A stretch of DNA of 60,746 nucleotides, filler included, from Sphacelaria rigidula (lineage: Eukaryota), in NCBI GenBank assembly GCA_964200075.2. It is 5 parts of 5 records of this genome, joined end to end, with 100 filler letters (N's around TTAATTAATTAA, not from the genome) between each part and the next. Parts side by side here need not be neighbours in the genome. Positions count along the whole stretch, not along the records: positions 24,342 to 36,410 come from CAXNAA020004162.1; positions 36,511 to 48,578 come from CAXNAA020004163.1; 3 more parts are not named here. The stretch is one strand, 5' to 3'. A program made the position numbers and the translations under genes. The notes beneath the pieces were generated by a model. The model was given only the letters and a program-made list of their open reading frames with translations, did no database searches and was not told the DNA's origin. Shown piece by piece: positions 27,170-38,553 of this stretch. The stretch's first letter is position 1. Every line of letters begins with the position of its first letter.

Positions 27170-27456
27170 ACACTTGCAACCTCCCCCCCTCCTCGGAATG
27201 AGTCCGTGGTCTCGAGGGATCAACTCACCTCTCCCCCGATACTCGCCTTTCGTTTCGCTCTTGCGGATTCGGTCAGCACTTCCGCACCGCGTCAACCCAC
27301 GTCACACAAATCCAGTCGACAATATTGTTTACCCACGTACTCACGTTTCCCACGGTGGAAATCGTACATGACGAAGAAAAAACCCAATCAATCGGGAATC
27401 GAACCTCCGTTCTCTCCGCCCCAATGGCAACAGTCGGATCAATACACCACCGGGGC
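27170..27456 (-). mobile_element. tRNA-derived SINE, family B
   Basis: Minus strand starts GCCCCGGTGGTGTATTGA (A-box-like) with B box GGTTCGATTCC (27405-27395). The 3' core GTTGATCCCTCGAGACCACGGACTC is shared with 55332-55630, 13177-13460, 16965-17100 and 9525-9575. Confidence 0.75.
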
Positions 27457-27974
27457 GCTAGAACCAGATATTTCCGTGATCTGTCGGGAGCAGTTTAGAA
27501 CGAAGGCAATGTAAAACTGAGGACACACCCAATGCCCCCCAATCCTGGTCCCCGAAACGTACTGGGAAAAAGAAGTTGGTTTGACGACTTTACCGTAAGA
27601 CTACACAACGCCGAAAGAACCGGAGCCCAAAACGAGAAAAAACGACGCCGCTAAAAAGTCACAGAGACTGACGGAAGCTGACGTGGATGATGTCGGATCT
27701 GACGAAGTTCGTCACGTCCCGGGTGTAGACATCTGGTTTTGGAACGGAGCACGGTATCAGGAAGGTAGACAAAGGGAAGGTAAAGGAACGAAGAGACGTG
27801 AACAAGCGTGCAGGCTGAAGATTGCACTGAGGCATGTTGGAAGAAATAAAGAAACACAAGTCTGGGACCGACGAGAGCAATCATAGAAGGTATGAGAGGG
27901 CAGGATGAAAACAATACTACACATAGTTGGGAGGGAGTTGAACAGGGACAAGGATGGCCACTTGTGGTACTTAC

Positions 27975-28584
27975 CGTCAGCGGCGGTTTAGCTTCCAGCT
28001 CCGCTCCTGGTGGCCGTGGGTCGCTACCTTGTCGGGTCGTACTGGCTTCCGTTTCGAGGGGAGGGGAGATTTCGAGGGGAGGGGAGATCTTAGTTGGTGG
28101 CATGACGGGTTGGGTTCCGGGAGGGGACAGGGAGTTATCACTGACCCGCGGTGCTTTGCGCGGTGTCGAATCGTCGTTTCTTGACGCATATGACGCTTTC
28201 TCCTTCAACAAGTGCCGTTGGAAATCGGACAGGAGCGTGGCACGCATGTGGTAGAAACAAAGGTCGCACCTTATGAAAGCTGGTTCGCCATCCCCCGCCA
28301 AGAGATCATAGAGTGGTTTTTGGGACAGGGTTGCTGTACACTCGTAACACGGATGAGTGCACTCCTCGGCCGCTTTCACGAGGGTTTTGACGCACGCGCG
28401 GTCGTCTGCGTGGGCGTATACCCTGTCTTTACCGCCGGTAGGATCGGACATGCGGTGGTACGGGGTGCTGACCCCGATCTCGCCGCCACACGCCAAGTAG
28501 AGGAAGGGCAGCTGTTTTCTGGAGCCCTTCGGGACTGGCTTTGTATCCTGCGAGACAGAGATGTGGGTGTTGCAAGTGGAGCAC
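27975..28584 (-). CDS. Exon of an unknown Cys/His-rich (putative zinc-binding) protein followed by a Pro/Ser-rich region
   Basis: Open frame between a GACAG acceptor (preceded by a pyrimidine tract) and an ACG|GTAAGT donor. Encodes CSTC..LAC..HADDRAC..CTHPCYEC..RCDLCFYH then ISPPLEISPPLE. Family not recognised; could be transposon-borne. Confidence 0.45.
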
Positions 28585-29919
28585 CTGTCAATGCCGAACG
28601 AGTTGGGAGAAGGACGAAGCGACGGTTGCGGAAAGTTCAGCGAGAAAATAGTACGGAAGGAAAGATAGTTGTACTGTGAGCGAATGAGCGACGAACGGGT
28701 GTTGAAAGCAACGATGTCAAGTGCGTTGAAAAGGGAGGAAGTGGGATAAGAAATTGCCTTCGGTTATCAGGATACTTCTCGATGAACCTGCACCGAGGAA
28801 ACCACGGCCTCCACGTAAGTGTGGCATTCTGTACAAGTAAGTCTAGCATGTAGGAGTGTATATTACAAAGAAGGTGGGAGGTTCCCTTCTAGCGTCCCGT
28901 TCCTAGTGTGTGTCGAATCGTGGGCTTGCAATGGTTGGCGCCAACTCCGGTGGGAAAGTACACCGAAAGCATCGAAGAAATGGGCTGGGGAGTGAGCCAG
29001 TTAAAATTCTATATCTCCATCGCTAGTACTGGAGTTCAACTGGAAATGGGTACGAGAGCGCCAGTTGTCCAGTTCATGTGAAGGTGTTGCGCCGCTTGTC
29101 TATACCGAGTAATTTTATAGTAGTTCAATGATGGGGAGTTTGTAAGAAAGAAACACTGTGTACGATTAGTCTGTAAGGTTGAAGTCAGCAGTCTACAGCA
29201 GTTCAGGTCCCACAAACGTCGGTGGTACCCGGTTGGTCTGCAGTGTTTTTCATCGCCGACATCGGATCGGTCGAAGGCTGGTGAGTCGAATGAGATAAAC
29301 GAAGAAATGAAGAGGTGGGTCTCAGTTATGGTGGGACACTTGGTGCTGAAGTGCCGAACTCCATACCCCAGTTCGCAATTGCATTAAGATCGATGTGCAG
29401 GAAATACTCACAATACGTCGGAGTAATGTAGCAGGTTCGTACCTCATCCCAAGAAAAAACAATCCGGTCACGGGCGATCACAAAACACACAAGCGTTCTA
29501 TCGAATAAGCTGCGGTGAGAGCCTGTTTACTTCAATTGCCCAAGGTACTGCCAGGGTGTGGCATGTTCGTTCCGATCCCCAGGTTCCCAAGAAGAGGGTC
29601 TGCTGCTGGATAGTGTAGAGAAGTTATGTTCGAATCGCTACTGCGTACCGAAGACATGTTAGAGCACTACGAGGCTCGTATCAGCTCGCAGTGAGTGGTT
29701 ACCTTATTCACAACCAATTATGGTTACCGCAGGAAAAAAAGGTCAAACACGGGAAAAGTTTCTGACTTGGGCGACGCTGCTGAGCGGGACCCCCTACCAG
29801 CCGGGAAGGGCGATTAGCTGGAAAAAGTGGATGGAGTGGCAACTGGCGCGGCAAGTGTTGACGGAACTGAACAGAGCTGATTGTTCACAGCCCCGAGAAT
29901 AAATTTGAGTTTTTGTAGC

Positions 29920-31460
29920 GTTTAGGTGCATTGGGTAGGGTACGAGAGTTTTCGTGGATCATACAGAAGTAGGGAGTACCGATAAAAATCGCTCGGAGGC
30001 CACGGAACTTGTCGGGTAGGGATAGGAGGCTTACAGAGAATCCACTGGTGGTCTTGTGATGAAAAAAGGTTCCATGGAAAAGAGAACACGCACCCGGATA
30101 TTTGTACAAGGGTGTAGGGTTAAACCGTGTGTACAGAAAGAACAGAACTATCTTGGAAGGGTATGGTGGATCACAACAGTCACGCAACTGTCGTGGACCG
30201 GCAGGACAGTCTTCGACAAGTCACAGAGCTGTCGAGGGATTAGGAAAGCGTTACTGAAGTCAAAGATCTGTCAAGTAGGGGTGTGCAAGTGACACTGAAG
30301 TCATAGAGCTATCAAGTTGGGCAACGAAAGCTTTACAGATTTCACTAGAAAAACCGGGTAGGCCAACCACAGTCCAAGAGAAGCAACATAACTGTCGGTT
30401 ACAGGGATGAAAGGTTCCCAGAAGTCACCGAACTGTCGTATAGGGATAGTATCTGTAAAGATGCCCCGTGTATGCAACAAACCGACCCCCATACGGGATA
30501 GGGTTGGGCACCATAGACCGATGCCCTGCAAATTGATACAGATGGCGGCGCAGATGACGGCCCCCCAGTCGTTCCGATACCTGTTGATTATCATGTTTCG
30601 CTTTCCCTTTCAACTCATACCCTGTAACCCGTCTGTTCTCCGGAGTTGAAAGGGGTGTACGGAGTTGGATACCAAGGGGTGTTAGATGGATGGAGGTTGG
30701 GGAACAAGTGCGAGTTTTCAGAACAAAGGTAGGGATTGAGTTTACATCTTCACCCCTCCCGGGTAATACCCGCACTCTGCCTGCATCGCATATACGCACA
30801 AGGGTATATGTGTTGAATCCGGGCCGGGATTACGGGAGGCTTACAGACCTTGCAGAGTCATCGACCAGGGGTATGAGGCAGTTTCAGATAATAACAAACT
30901 GGCGAGTAAAGTTAAGAAAGGTCTTACACAGCCTCTGCGTACCGGTTTGATAGTTTTACACGGTTGAAAGGACTGGACAAAAGACAGCAGGAGCCAATCG
31001 CCCCGGCGAAGACGCGATTTTCTTGTTTTGCCATATCGTGCCGAAAAGGTGTAAGTTCGTTTGAACCACACGTCGGACAACAAAACACACAGCTTGTTGA
31101 CAGCACTGATGGCAGCACGCCGGAATTCGTGTTTCAGTGCGAAGCGATGGCACGATAAGCTGCGTCTTACCGTTGATCCCAGAAAAGGAAAACAGCGCAC
31201 ATACATGCCGACTCTGCACGCAATTGGCTGCAGGGTCAAACTCGGTTACCGGTTCCCCGCGATAATTCCCATACATATGACAAATATTGACGTGTTCGTG
31301 AAAAGTATCTTGCGTAGCGAGAGAAGAGCAGTTCTAAATCTCAAATGTTGCGTCGTCGAAGTCGATCCACCCACGGGGGTGTCGTTGTCGACCAGGGGTG
31401 TGATGGACTTACAGAACATACAAAACTGTCGGGTGCAGGTATAAACGTTTCACAGGGGTG
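29920..31460. repeat. Heavily decayed remnants of the ACAGAAC-minisatellite family
   Basis: Scattered GGAACTTGTCGGGTAGGG, GGAGGCTTACAGA, AAGTCACAGA and CTTACAGAAC blocks as in 51961-53718. Confidence 0.45.
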
Positions 31461-31493
31461 ACAGGAGTGAGGAACACACAGCAGTAGCCGGTC

Positions 31494-31762
31494 GCCCCGG
31501 TGGCTCAGATGGTAGCTTCAAAACCCTCTGACGGTTAGGACGTGGGTTCAAATCTCGGGAAGACCTGGGATTTTCTCTCACACCATGCCCAACAGTGGAG
31601 AGCGACTATGTCGTGAGTACACACAGTTCGACGTCACGGTCGACGAGGGAAGGGACCGCTGGACCCTTCTCTCGGTAGAAAAAAAAAGCAAGCACCGCAG
31701 AAGGAAGGTGGGGTGCTCAAAAAAGATGAAAACAAAACTTCTGTGTTAGCCTTCCTCTGTGC
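31494..31762 (+). mobile_element. tRNA-derived SINE, family A (head plus body, 3'-truncated)
   Basis: Pol III A box TGGCTCAGATGG (31501-31512) and B box GGTTCAAATC (31545-31554). The body (GTGGAGAGCGA..GGTCGACGAGGGAAGGGACCGCTGGACC..GCAAGCACCGCAGAAGGAAGGTGG) recurs at 19042-19262, 32272-32470 and throughout the array. Confidence 0.8.
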
Positions 31763-32271
31763 GAAAAAAGTATTTTCAGGGCCTGTCTTAGCCCTTTCCT
31801 TTTCGATCGGAAAAATGAGGCGGTGGAATTGATTCGAGCGAAAATTTCTCGTTTTGATGCCGTTGGATCCGGATGGATTATAAAGCTTTCGATCGAAGAG
31901 AGACAGTGAAAATCGTGAAACGTTATATGGTCACTATTGTACAGTACAGACAGTCTATACTGTCTGCACTGCTTGCAAGCAGGATGTCTTGAGTACGTGT
32001 GTGCGTGTTTCGCGCAGGAGGATATGGAGGAGAAGCGGGCAACGTGCAGGGCAGATTGCCCAGGACTATCAATTTTCTCTGCTTACAATGCGACGTGAAA
32101 AGGACTTCATTCAACAACTTGCAGCTTTGTACTGCCTGCTGCACTGTCCATGAGCGTGCACGCAACTTGGTCTGCAGTTCGTAGCGATATCCTCAAGTCG
32201 AGCTGATTTGGTACACTTGAGGAGTTGTGGTTGGAGATGCTAATGCGGCACTCTTTGCTGGCCCAGCCTGC

Positions 32272-32470
32272 ACGGTCTACGAGGGAGAGAGACTGCTGAA
32301 TCCCTCTCGCGATAAAAAACGAAGGCAAGCACCGCAAAAAGGAGGTGGAGTAAAAAAAAAAAAACACTCCTGTATTGACCTTCCTCTTGTGTGACCCCGG
32401 CTGATGCGCCCACATATACCGAAAGGTGTAGACCGGCGTCCAGAATAGATAGGACGACAACACACACTAC
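32272..32470 (+). mobile_element. SINE family A, 5'-truncated copy with 3' tail, just before the array
   Basis: Same body and tail as 19042-19262. The tail has a TATACC-GAAA-GGTGTA hairpin and a CA-rich end. Confidence 0.75.
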
Positions 32471-32545
32471 ACGAAGTTCGAACATATGTGCCTTGAAACC
32501 AACCCCCAGGGAAAATAGGACGACAACATACACAGACTGTACGAG

Positions 32546-35500
32546 TAGTGCAGCATAAAATTACCATCGCACCAGGATGCGGCGTCAACACTTCTTATCC
32601 GCTTGTCAAACCCCGTGCGAAGCGCAGCTCTGCAAGCACAGACACTTCAGCAGTACAAGGTCGCCCCTGTACTGCCTCCATTCGTCACCGTGGGAGCCGA
32701 CATACGTCCCCGCCGCCCGCGGACGTTGCAACCAGAAGCGCCTGTACGTTCACCGTTCGTCGACAGTCGACACACGGAGAATAGTTAGGATCAATCAGAT
32801 CCCGTACTTTAACACCCCCTCCCATCTCAGCCGACGGGTGGCGGCGGGAAGGGGCGGTAACCTGGCCGATTGAACCACATATCGACATGGAACATTTTGG
32901 TGTGGTGAGTGGGGATATAGGGACGCCCCTTTTCTCGGGAATATAAAAGTCCATACTGCAGTGGAGAGCGATCATGTCGTGGGTACACAGAATTCGACTC
33001 TACGGTCGACGAGGGAAAGGGACTGCTGAATCCATCTCGCGATAAAAATGAAAGGCACGCGCCGCAGAAGGAAGGTGGAATACTAAAAGCAAACAAACAA
33101 ACAAAAACCTCCTGTGTTGACCTCCCTCCTGCGTGACCCCGGCCGATGAGCCCACATGTGAACGTTTTGGTGTGGTGAGTGGGGATATAGGGATCCCCCT
33201 TTTCTCGAGAAGATACGAGTCCATACTACCGTGGAGAGCGATCATGTCGTGGGTACACAGAATTCGACATTTTCGGTCGACGAGGAAAAGGGACTGCTGG
33301 ACCCCTCTCGAGGAAAAAGAAAAAGACGCACCGCGATGCGGCATCAACACTTCTTATCCGCTTGTCAAACCCCGTGCGAAGCGCAGCTCTGCAAGCACAG
33401 ACACTTAGCTCTGCAAGCACAGACACTTCAGCGGTACAAGGTCGCCCCTGTACTGCCTCCATTCGTCACCGTCGAAGCCGAGATACGTCTCCGCCGCCCG
33501 CGGACGTTGCGACCAAAAGCGCCCGTGCGTTCACCGTTTGTCGACAGTCGACACACGGGGAATAGTTCGGATCAATCAGATCACGTACTTTAACACCCCC
33601 TCCCATCTCAGCCGACGGGTGGCGGCGGGAAAGGGCGGTAACCTGGCCGGTTGAACCACATATCGACATGGAACGTTTTGGTGTGGTGAGTGGGGATATA
33701 GGGACGCCCCTTTTCTCGAGGATATACAAGTCCATACTGCCGTGAAGAGCGATCATGTCGTGGGTACACAGAATTCGACTCTACGGTCGACGAGGGGGAG
33801 GGACTGCTGAATCCCTCTCGCGATAAAAATGAAAGGCAAGCGCTGCAGGAGGAAGGTGGAATACTAAAAACAAACAAACAAACAGAAACCTCCTGTGTTG
33901 ACCTCCCTCCTGCGTGACCACGGCTGATGCGCCCACATATGAGCGTTTTGGTGTGGTGTGTGGGGATATAGGGATCCCTCTTTTCTCGAGAAGATACGAG
34001 TCCATACTACCGTGGAGAGCGACATGTCGTGGGTACACAGAATTCGACATTTTCGGTCGACAAGGGGAAGGGACTGCTGGACCCCTCTCAAGAAAAAGAA
34101 AGAGACGCACCTGGATACGGCGTCAACACTCCTTATCCGCTTGTCAAACCCCGTGCGAAGCGCAGCTCTGCAAGCACAGACACTTCAGCAGTACAAGGTC
34201 GCACCTGTACTGCCTCCATTCGTCACCGTCGAAGCCGAGATACGTCTCCGCCGCCCGCGGACGTTGCGAACAGAAGCGCCCGTACGTTCACCGTTTGTCG
34301 ACAGTAGACACACGGGGAGTAGTTCGGATCAATCAGATCACGTACTTTAACACCCCTTCCAACCTCAGCCGACGGGTGGCGGCGGGAAAGGGCGGTAACC
34401 TGGCCGGTTGAACCACATTTCGACATGGAACGTTTTGGTGTGGTGAGTGGGGATATAGGGACGCCCCTTTTCTCGAGGATATACAAGTCCATACTGCCGT
34501 GGAGAGCGATCATGTCGTGGGTACACAGAATTCGACTCTACGGTCGACGAGGGGAAGGGACTGCTGAATCCCTCTCGCGATAAAAATGAAAGGCAAGCGC
34601 CGCAGGAGGGAGGTGGAATACTAAAAACAAACGAACAAACAGAAACCTCCTGTGTTGACCTCCCTCCTGCGTGACCCCGGCTGATGCGCCCACGTATGAA
34701 CGTTTTGGTGTGATGAGTGGGGATATAGGGACGCCCCTTGTATCGAGGATATACGAGTCCATACTCAAGTGGAGAGCGATCATGTCGTGGGTACACGGAA
34801 TTCGATTCTACGGTCGACGAGGGAAAGGGACTGCTGGACCCCTCTCGCGATAAAAATGAAATGCAAGCGCCGCAGAAAGAAGGTGGAATACTAAAAACAA
34901 ACAAACAAACAGAAACCTCCTGTGTTGACCTCCCTCCTGCGTGACCCCGGCTGATGCGCCCACATATTAACGTTTTGGTGTGATGAGTGGGGATATAGGG
35001 ACGCCCCTTGTATCGAGGATATACGAGTCCATACTCAAGTGGAGAGCGATCATGTCGTGAGTACACAGAATTCGATTCTACGGTCGACGAGGGAAAGGGA
35101 CTGCTGGACCCCTCTCGCGATAAAAATGAAAGGCAAGCGCCGCAGAAGGAAGGTGGAATACTAAAAACAAACAAACAAACAGAAACCTCCTGTGTTGACC
35201 TCCCTCCTGCGTGACCCCGACTGATGCGCCCACATATGAACGTTTTGGTGTGGTGAGTGGGGATATAGGGATCCCTCTTTTCTCGAGAAGATACGAGTCC
35301 ATACTACCGTGGAGAGCGATCATGTCGTGGGTACACAGAATTCGACATTTTCGGTCGACAAGGGGAAGGGACTGCTGGACCCCTCTCGAGGCAACAAAAA
35401 AAGACGCACCAGGATACGGCGTCAACACTTCTTATCCGCTTGTCAAACCCCGTGCGATGCGCAGCTCTGCAAGCTCAGACACTTCAGCGGTACAAGGTCG

Positions 35501-36410
35501 CCCCTGTACTGCCTCCATTCGTCACCGTAAAGGCCGATATACGTCTCCGCCGCCCGCGGACGTTGCGACCAGAAGCGCCCGTACGTTCACCGTTTGTCGA
35601 CAGTCGACACACAGGGAATAGTTCGGATCAATCAGATCACGTACTTGAACACCCCCTCCCATCTCAGCCGACGGGTGGCGGCGGGAAGGGGCGGTAACCT
35701 GGCCGGTTGAACCACATTTCGACATGAAACGTTTTGGCGTGGTGAGTGGGGATATAGGGACGCCCCTTTTCTCGAGGATATACAAGTCCATACTGCCGTG
35801 GAGAGCGATCATGTCGTGAGTACACAGAATTCGACTCTACGGTCGACGAGGGGAAGGGACCGCTGCACCCCTCTCGCGATAAAAATGAAAGGGCAAGCGC
35901 CGCAGGAGGTAGGTGGAATACTAAAAACAAACAAACAAACAGAAACCTCCTGTGTTGACCTCCCTCCTGCGTGACCACGGCTGATGCACCCACGTATGAA
36001 CGTTTTGGTGTGGTGAGTGGGGATATAGGGATCCCTCTTCTCACGAGGATATACGAGTCCATACTGCCGTGGAGAGCGATCATGTCGTGGGTACACAGAA
36101 TTCGACTCTACGGTCGACGAGGGAAAGGGACCGCTGAATCCCTCTCGCGATAAAAATGAAAGGCAAGCGCTGCAGGAGGAAGGTGGAATACTAAAAACAA
36201 ACAAACAAACAGAAACCTCCTGTGTTGACCTCCCTCCTGCGTGACCCCGGCTGCTGCGCCCACGTATGAACGTTATGGTGTGGTGAGTGGGGATATAGGG
36301 ATCCCTCTTTTCTCGAGAAGATACGAGTCCATACTGCCGTGGAGAGCGATCATGTCGTGGGTACACAGAATTCGACTCTACGGTCGACGAGGGAAAGGGA
36401 CTGCTGAATC
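32546..36410. repeat. SINE-derived complex tandem array with ~270-bp (B) and ~489-bp (A) units, running into the contig end
   Basis: The marker GAATTCGA recurs at about 32991, 33261, 33772, 34041, 34529, 34799, 35069, 35339, 35828, 36099 and 36369, with spacings of about 270, 511, 269, 488, 270, 270, 270, 489, 271 and 270. Confidence 0.95.
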
Positions 36411-36510
36411 NNNNNNNNNNNNNNNNNNNNNNNNNNNNNNNNNNNNNNNNNNNNTTAATTAATTAANNNNNNNNNNNNNNNNNNNNNNNNNNNNNNNNNN
36501 NNNNNNNNNN
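36411..36510. other. Artificial contig spacer
   Basis: Same 100-bp N/linker design. Confidence 0.98.
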
Positions 36511-38553
36511 CCGTGTACAGGGATCCTTGGCATGGAGACCGCTGAGATGACGGACACACCGCCCCCCCAAGCTCATCACCGACCATAGCTACATTCATGG
36601 TATCATGTTCCGTGTCGTGTGCCTCGACTACCCACCACTAGTAGTCGGGGCAAATTTGGCGAGGCGTGGAATAATCTTGCTGCTTTGCCTACAGGCTGTC
36701 GCTACCGTGTGCTCGTGTATCGTACATAGATGTGTGTGAGCGTTGCCGGCATCCGAGGTCATCGGGACAGGGCGGGCAAGGAGCAGAAGCAAATATACGA
36801 ACCTCGCAAAGTCCGCCAGAATTTTAGGATTTTGTCAGCGTTCATCAATTATTTCAACAATTTCTAGAAAAAAAAAATCACGAAAAAAATCCCAGAAAAA
36901 ATCTCAAAAATCATGACAATTTTCGAAGAATTGTCCTCCGGGAGAGGGGGCAGCTAGCATTAATATTTGTGTCGCAAGCCAAGAAGAGAATTCGGTTGTT
37001 CAATCAAGTGAGTAATGAGGGGGGCGTTGGAGTATCCTCGATCCCCCGACCCGGTCCGCGTTGTTGCTCCGGGAACAGCAACAACATGCTGTGCGATCAC
37101 AACAACAAAAACAAAGACAACAACAACGATGCCTCCAATCCGTTCCAACCATGTGCCCACCATCAAACGCCGTTGTTGTTCGACAACAGACAGTAGAAGC
37201 GCAATATAAGAGCACGGTTGAATTAACGTAAGAGTGCGCATGGCTGATGGCCACACTGATTGTTGGAAGCACTGCCACAACAACAGTTGTTGTTGTAATA
37301 TTGTGTGGGTGGACTGTGGGCACGCTGGGCGAGAAATTTCATGCGAACTGTATTCAAATGAACGCTGTCCGAACATACATACACCACACATCCTCGTCTG
37401 ATGCGTACGGCTAACTTGATTGGGCGAGATGGATGATTCCCCGCGTTCACCAAGCGAAAGATTTACTGTATTCTTCCTTGGTTTGCGACATGTTCTCTGT
37501 TGTTTCTGTAGCTTTTCTACTGCCCTTTCACATTTTTTTCGCATCTATTTCTCAGTCGGGATCATCACTTGGTATCTCATGCCGCCAGAGTGCAAAAATG
37601 CCGAGGAAAGCCACAGACAACCATTCCTTACACTGCCTTCGTGACGGAGTGCCTGACGGCGAATTTTGATTGGTCGAGGACGGGCGCCTCCGGCCTGGCG
37701 GCCCGATGCTGACCTGGTGAAAACCATGCAAGTGAAAAGGTCCGAGCATGATTGTTTAACTTTCTACCTACAACAGTAAAACCAGTATAACCATGATCGT
37801 AACGTCACCTCCGGAGATTTGACTCGTAGCTCTACTGTACTGTTGTGTTGGGAATGTATTTTCGTTCAGCTAAGTCGGAGGTTATGACTGTGCACAGTAT
37901 CATCATATGGGGCAAACAAGCATGATGCGCCAGGCGAGTACATACTCCGCACACAAGCATCGAAGTCAGCATTGCTATCGCCTCAGGGTCCCATAGCCAT
38001 AGATACGCACGCGCTACCATTCACAGACGGCCTATAACAGGAACTCTGCCAGACGAAGAAATTGCTACACAATGGTGAGTGCAGGACTTGTTGAGAGTCT
38101 GAAGAGGTAGGGTGCGATGCGGTTGGTGTAAAAAACAACCACGTAGAGTACAACTACTGCTGTACTGTACTGTACAGACAGACAACAGTAGTCACGGTCA
38201 GTATCCTTGGATTCTATCCTGGCTCAAGCGATCCAGCCGCGCGGCTGCTGATGCTCTTGTGTAGCAGGCAGCGGTTTCAGTACATGCAATGGTCCCTATT
38301 TATGTATCTCCGCTGCTAGATGTTGTATCTATACTCATACTTACGGTGTGTCGTGCTTGCTTTTAGAGCCCTGCATCCAAAGTCCCGCATCCAAATGAGT
38401 GTGGAGATGTCGATGGTTCGAAAACTGGTTGCTGTGCAACTTTCAACTTTCTCACTCTACAAGAAACACCAGGTATGGTACAACCCATGTCACTCTTCAT
38501 CCTGCGCCCGAACTACCCTTTCTCCCCTTACCCCCCCCCAACCGCTTTCACAG

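Noticed and set aside
28212-28679. 155-aa plus-strand ORF
   Set aside because: It overlaps antisense the Cys-rich exon, which has the better splice signals.
31494-31570. Functional tRNA gene
   Set aside because: A and B boxes are present but there is no convincing cloverleaf, and it runs straight into a repeated body, so it is treated as a SINE head.
32395-32450. Hammerhead ribozyme or retrozyme in the SINE tail and array (CTGATG..GAAA)
   Set aside because: The core reads CTGATGCG rather than CTGANGA, stem II and the UH site do not form, and array units lack the GAAA. A covariance-model search for other ribozyme classes was not possible.
32546-36410. CRISPR-like array (constant repeat with variable spacers)
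   Set aside because: The core is ~150 bp, only two insert types recur, there are no cas genes, the context is eukaryotic and the parts are SINE-derived.
33000-36462. Repeated ORFs of up to 269 aa in the array
   Set aside because: They occur in several frames on both strands as a by-product of the tandem repeat and show no recognisable domain.
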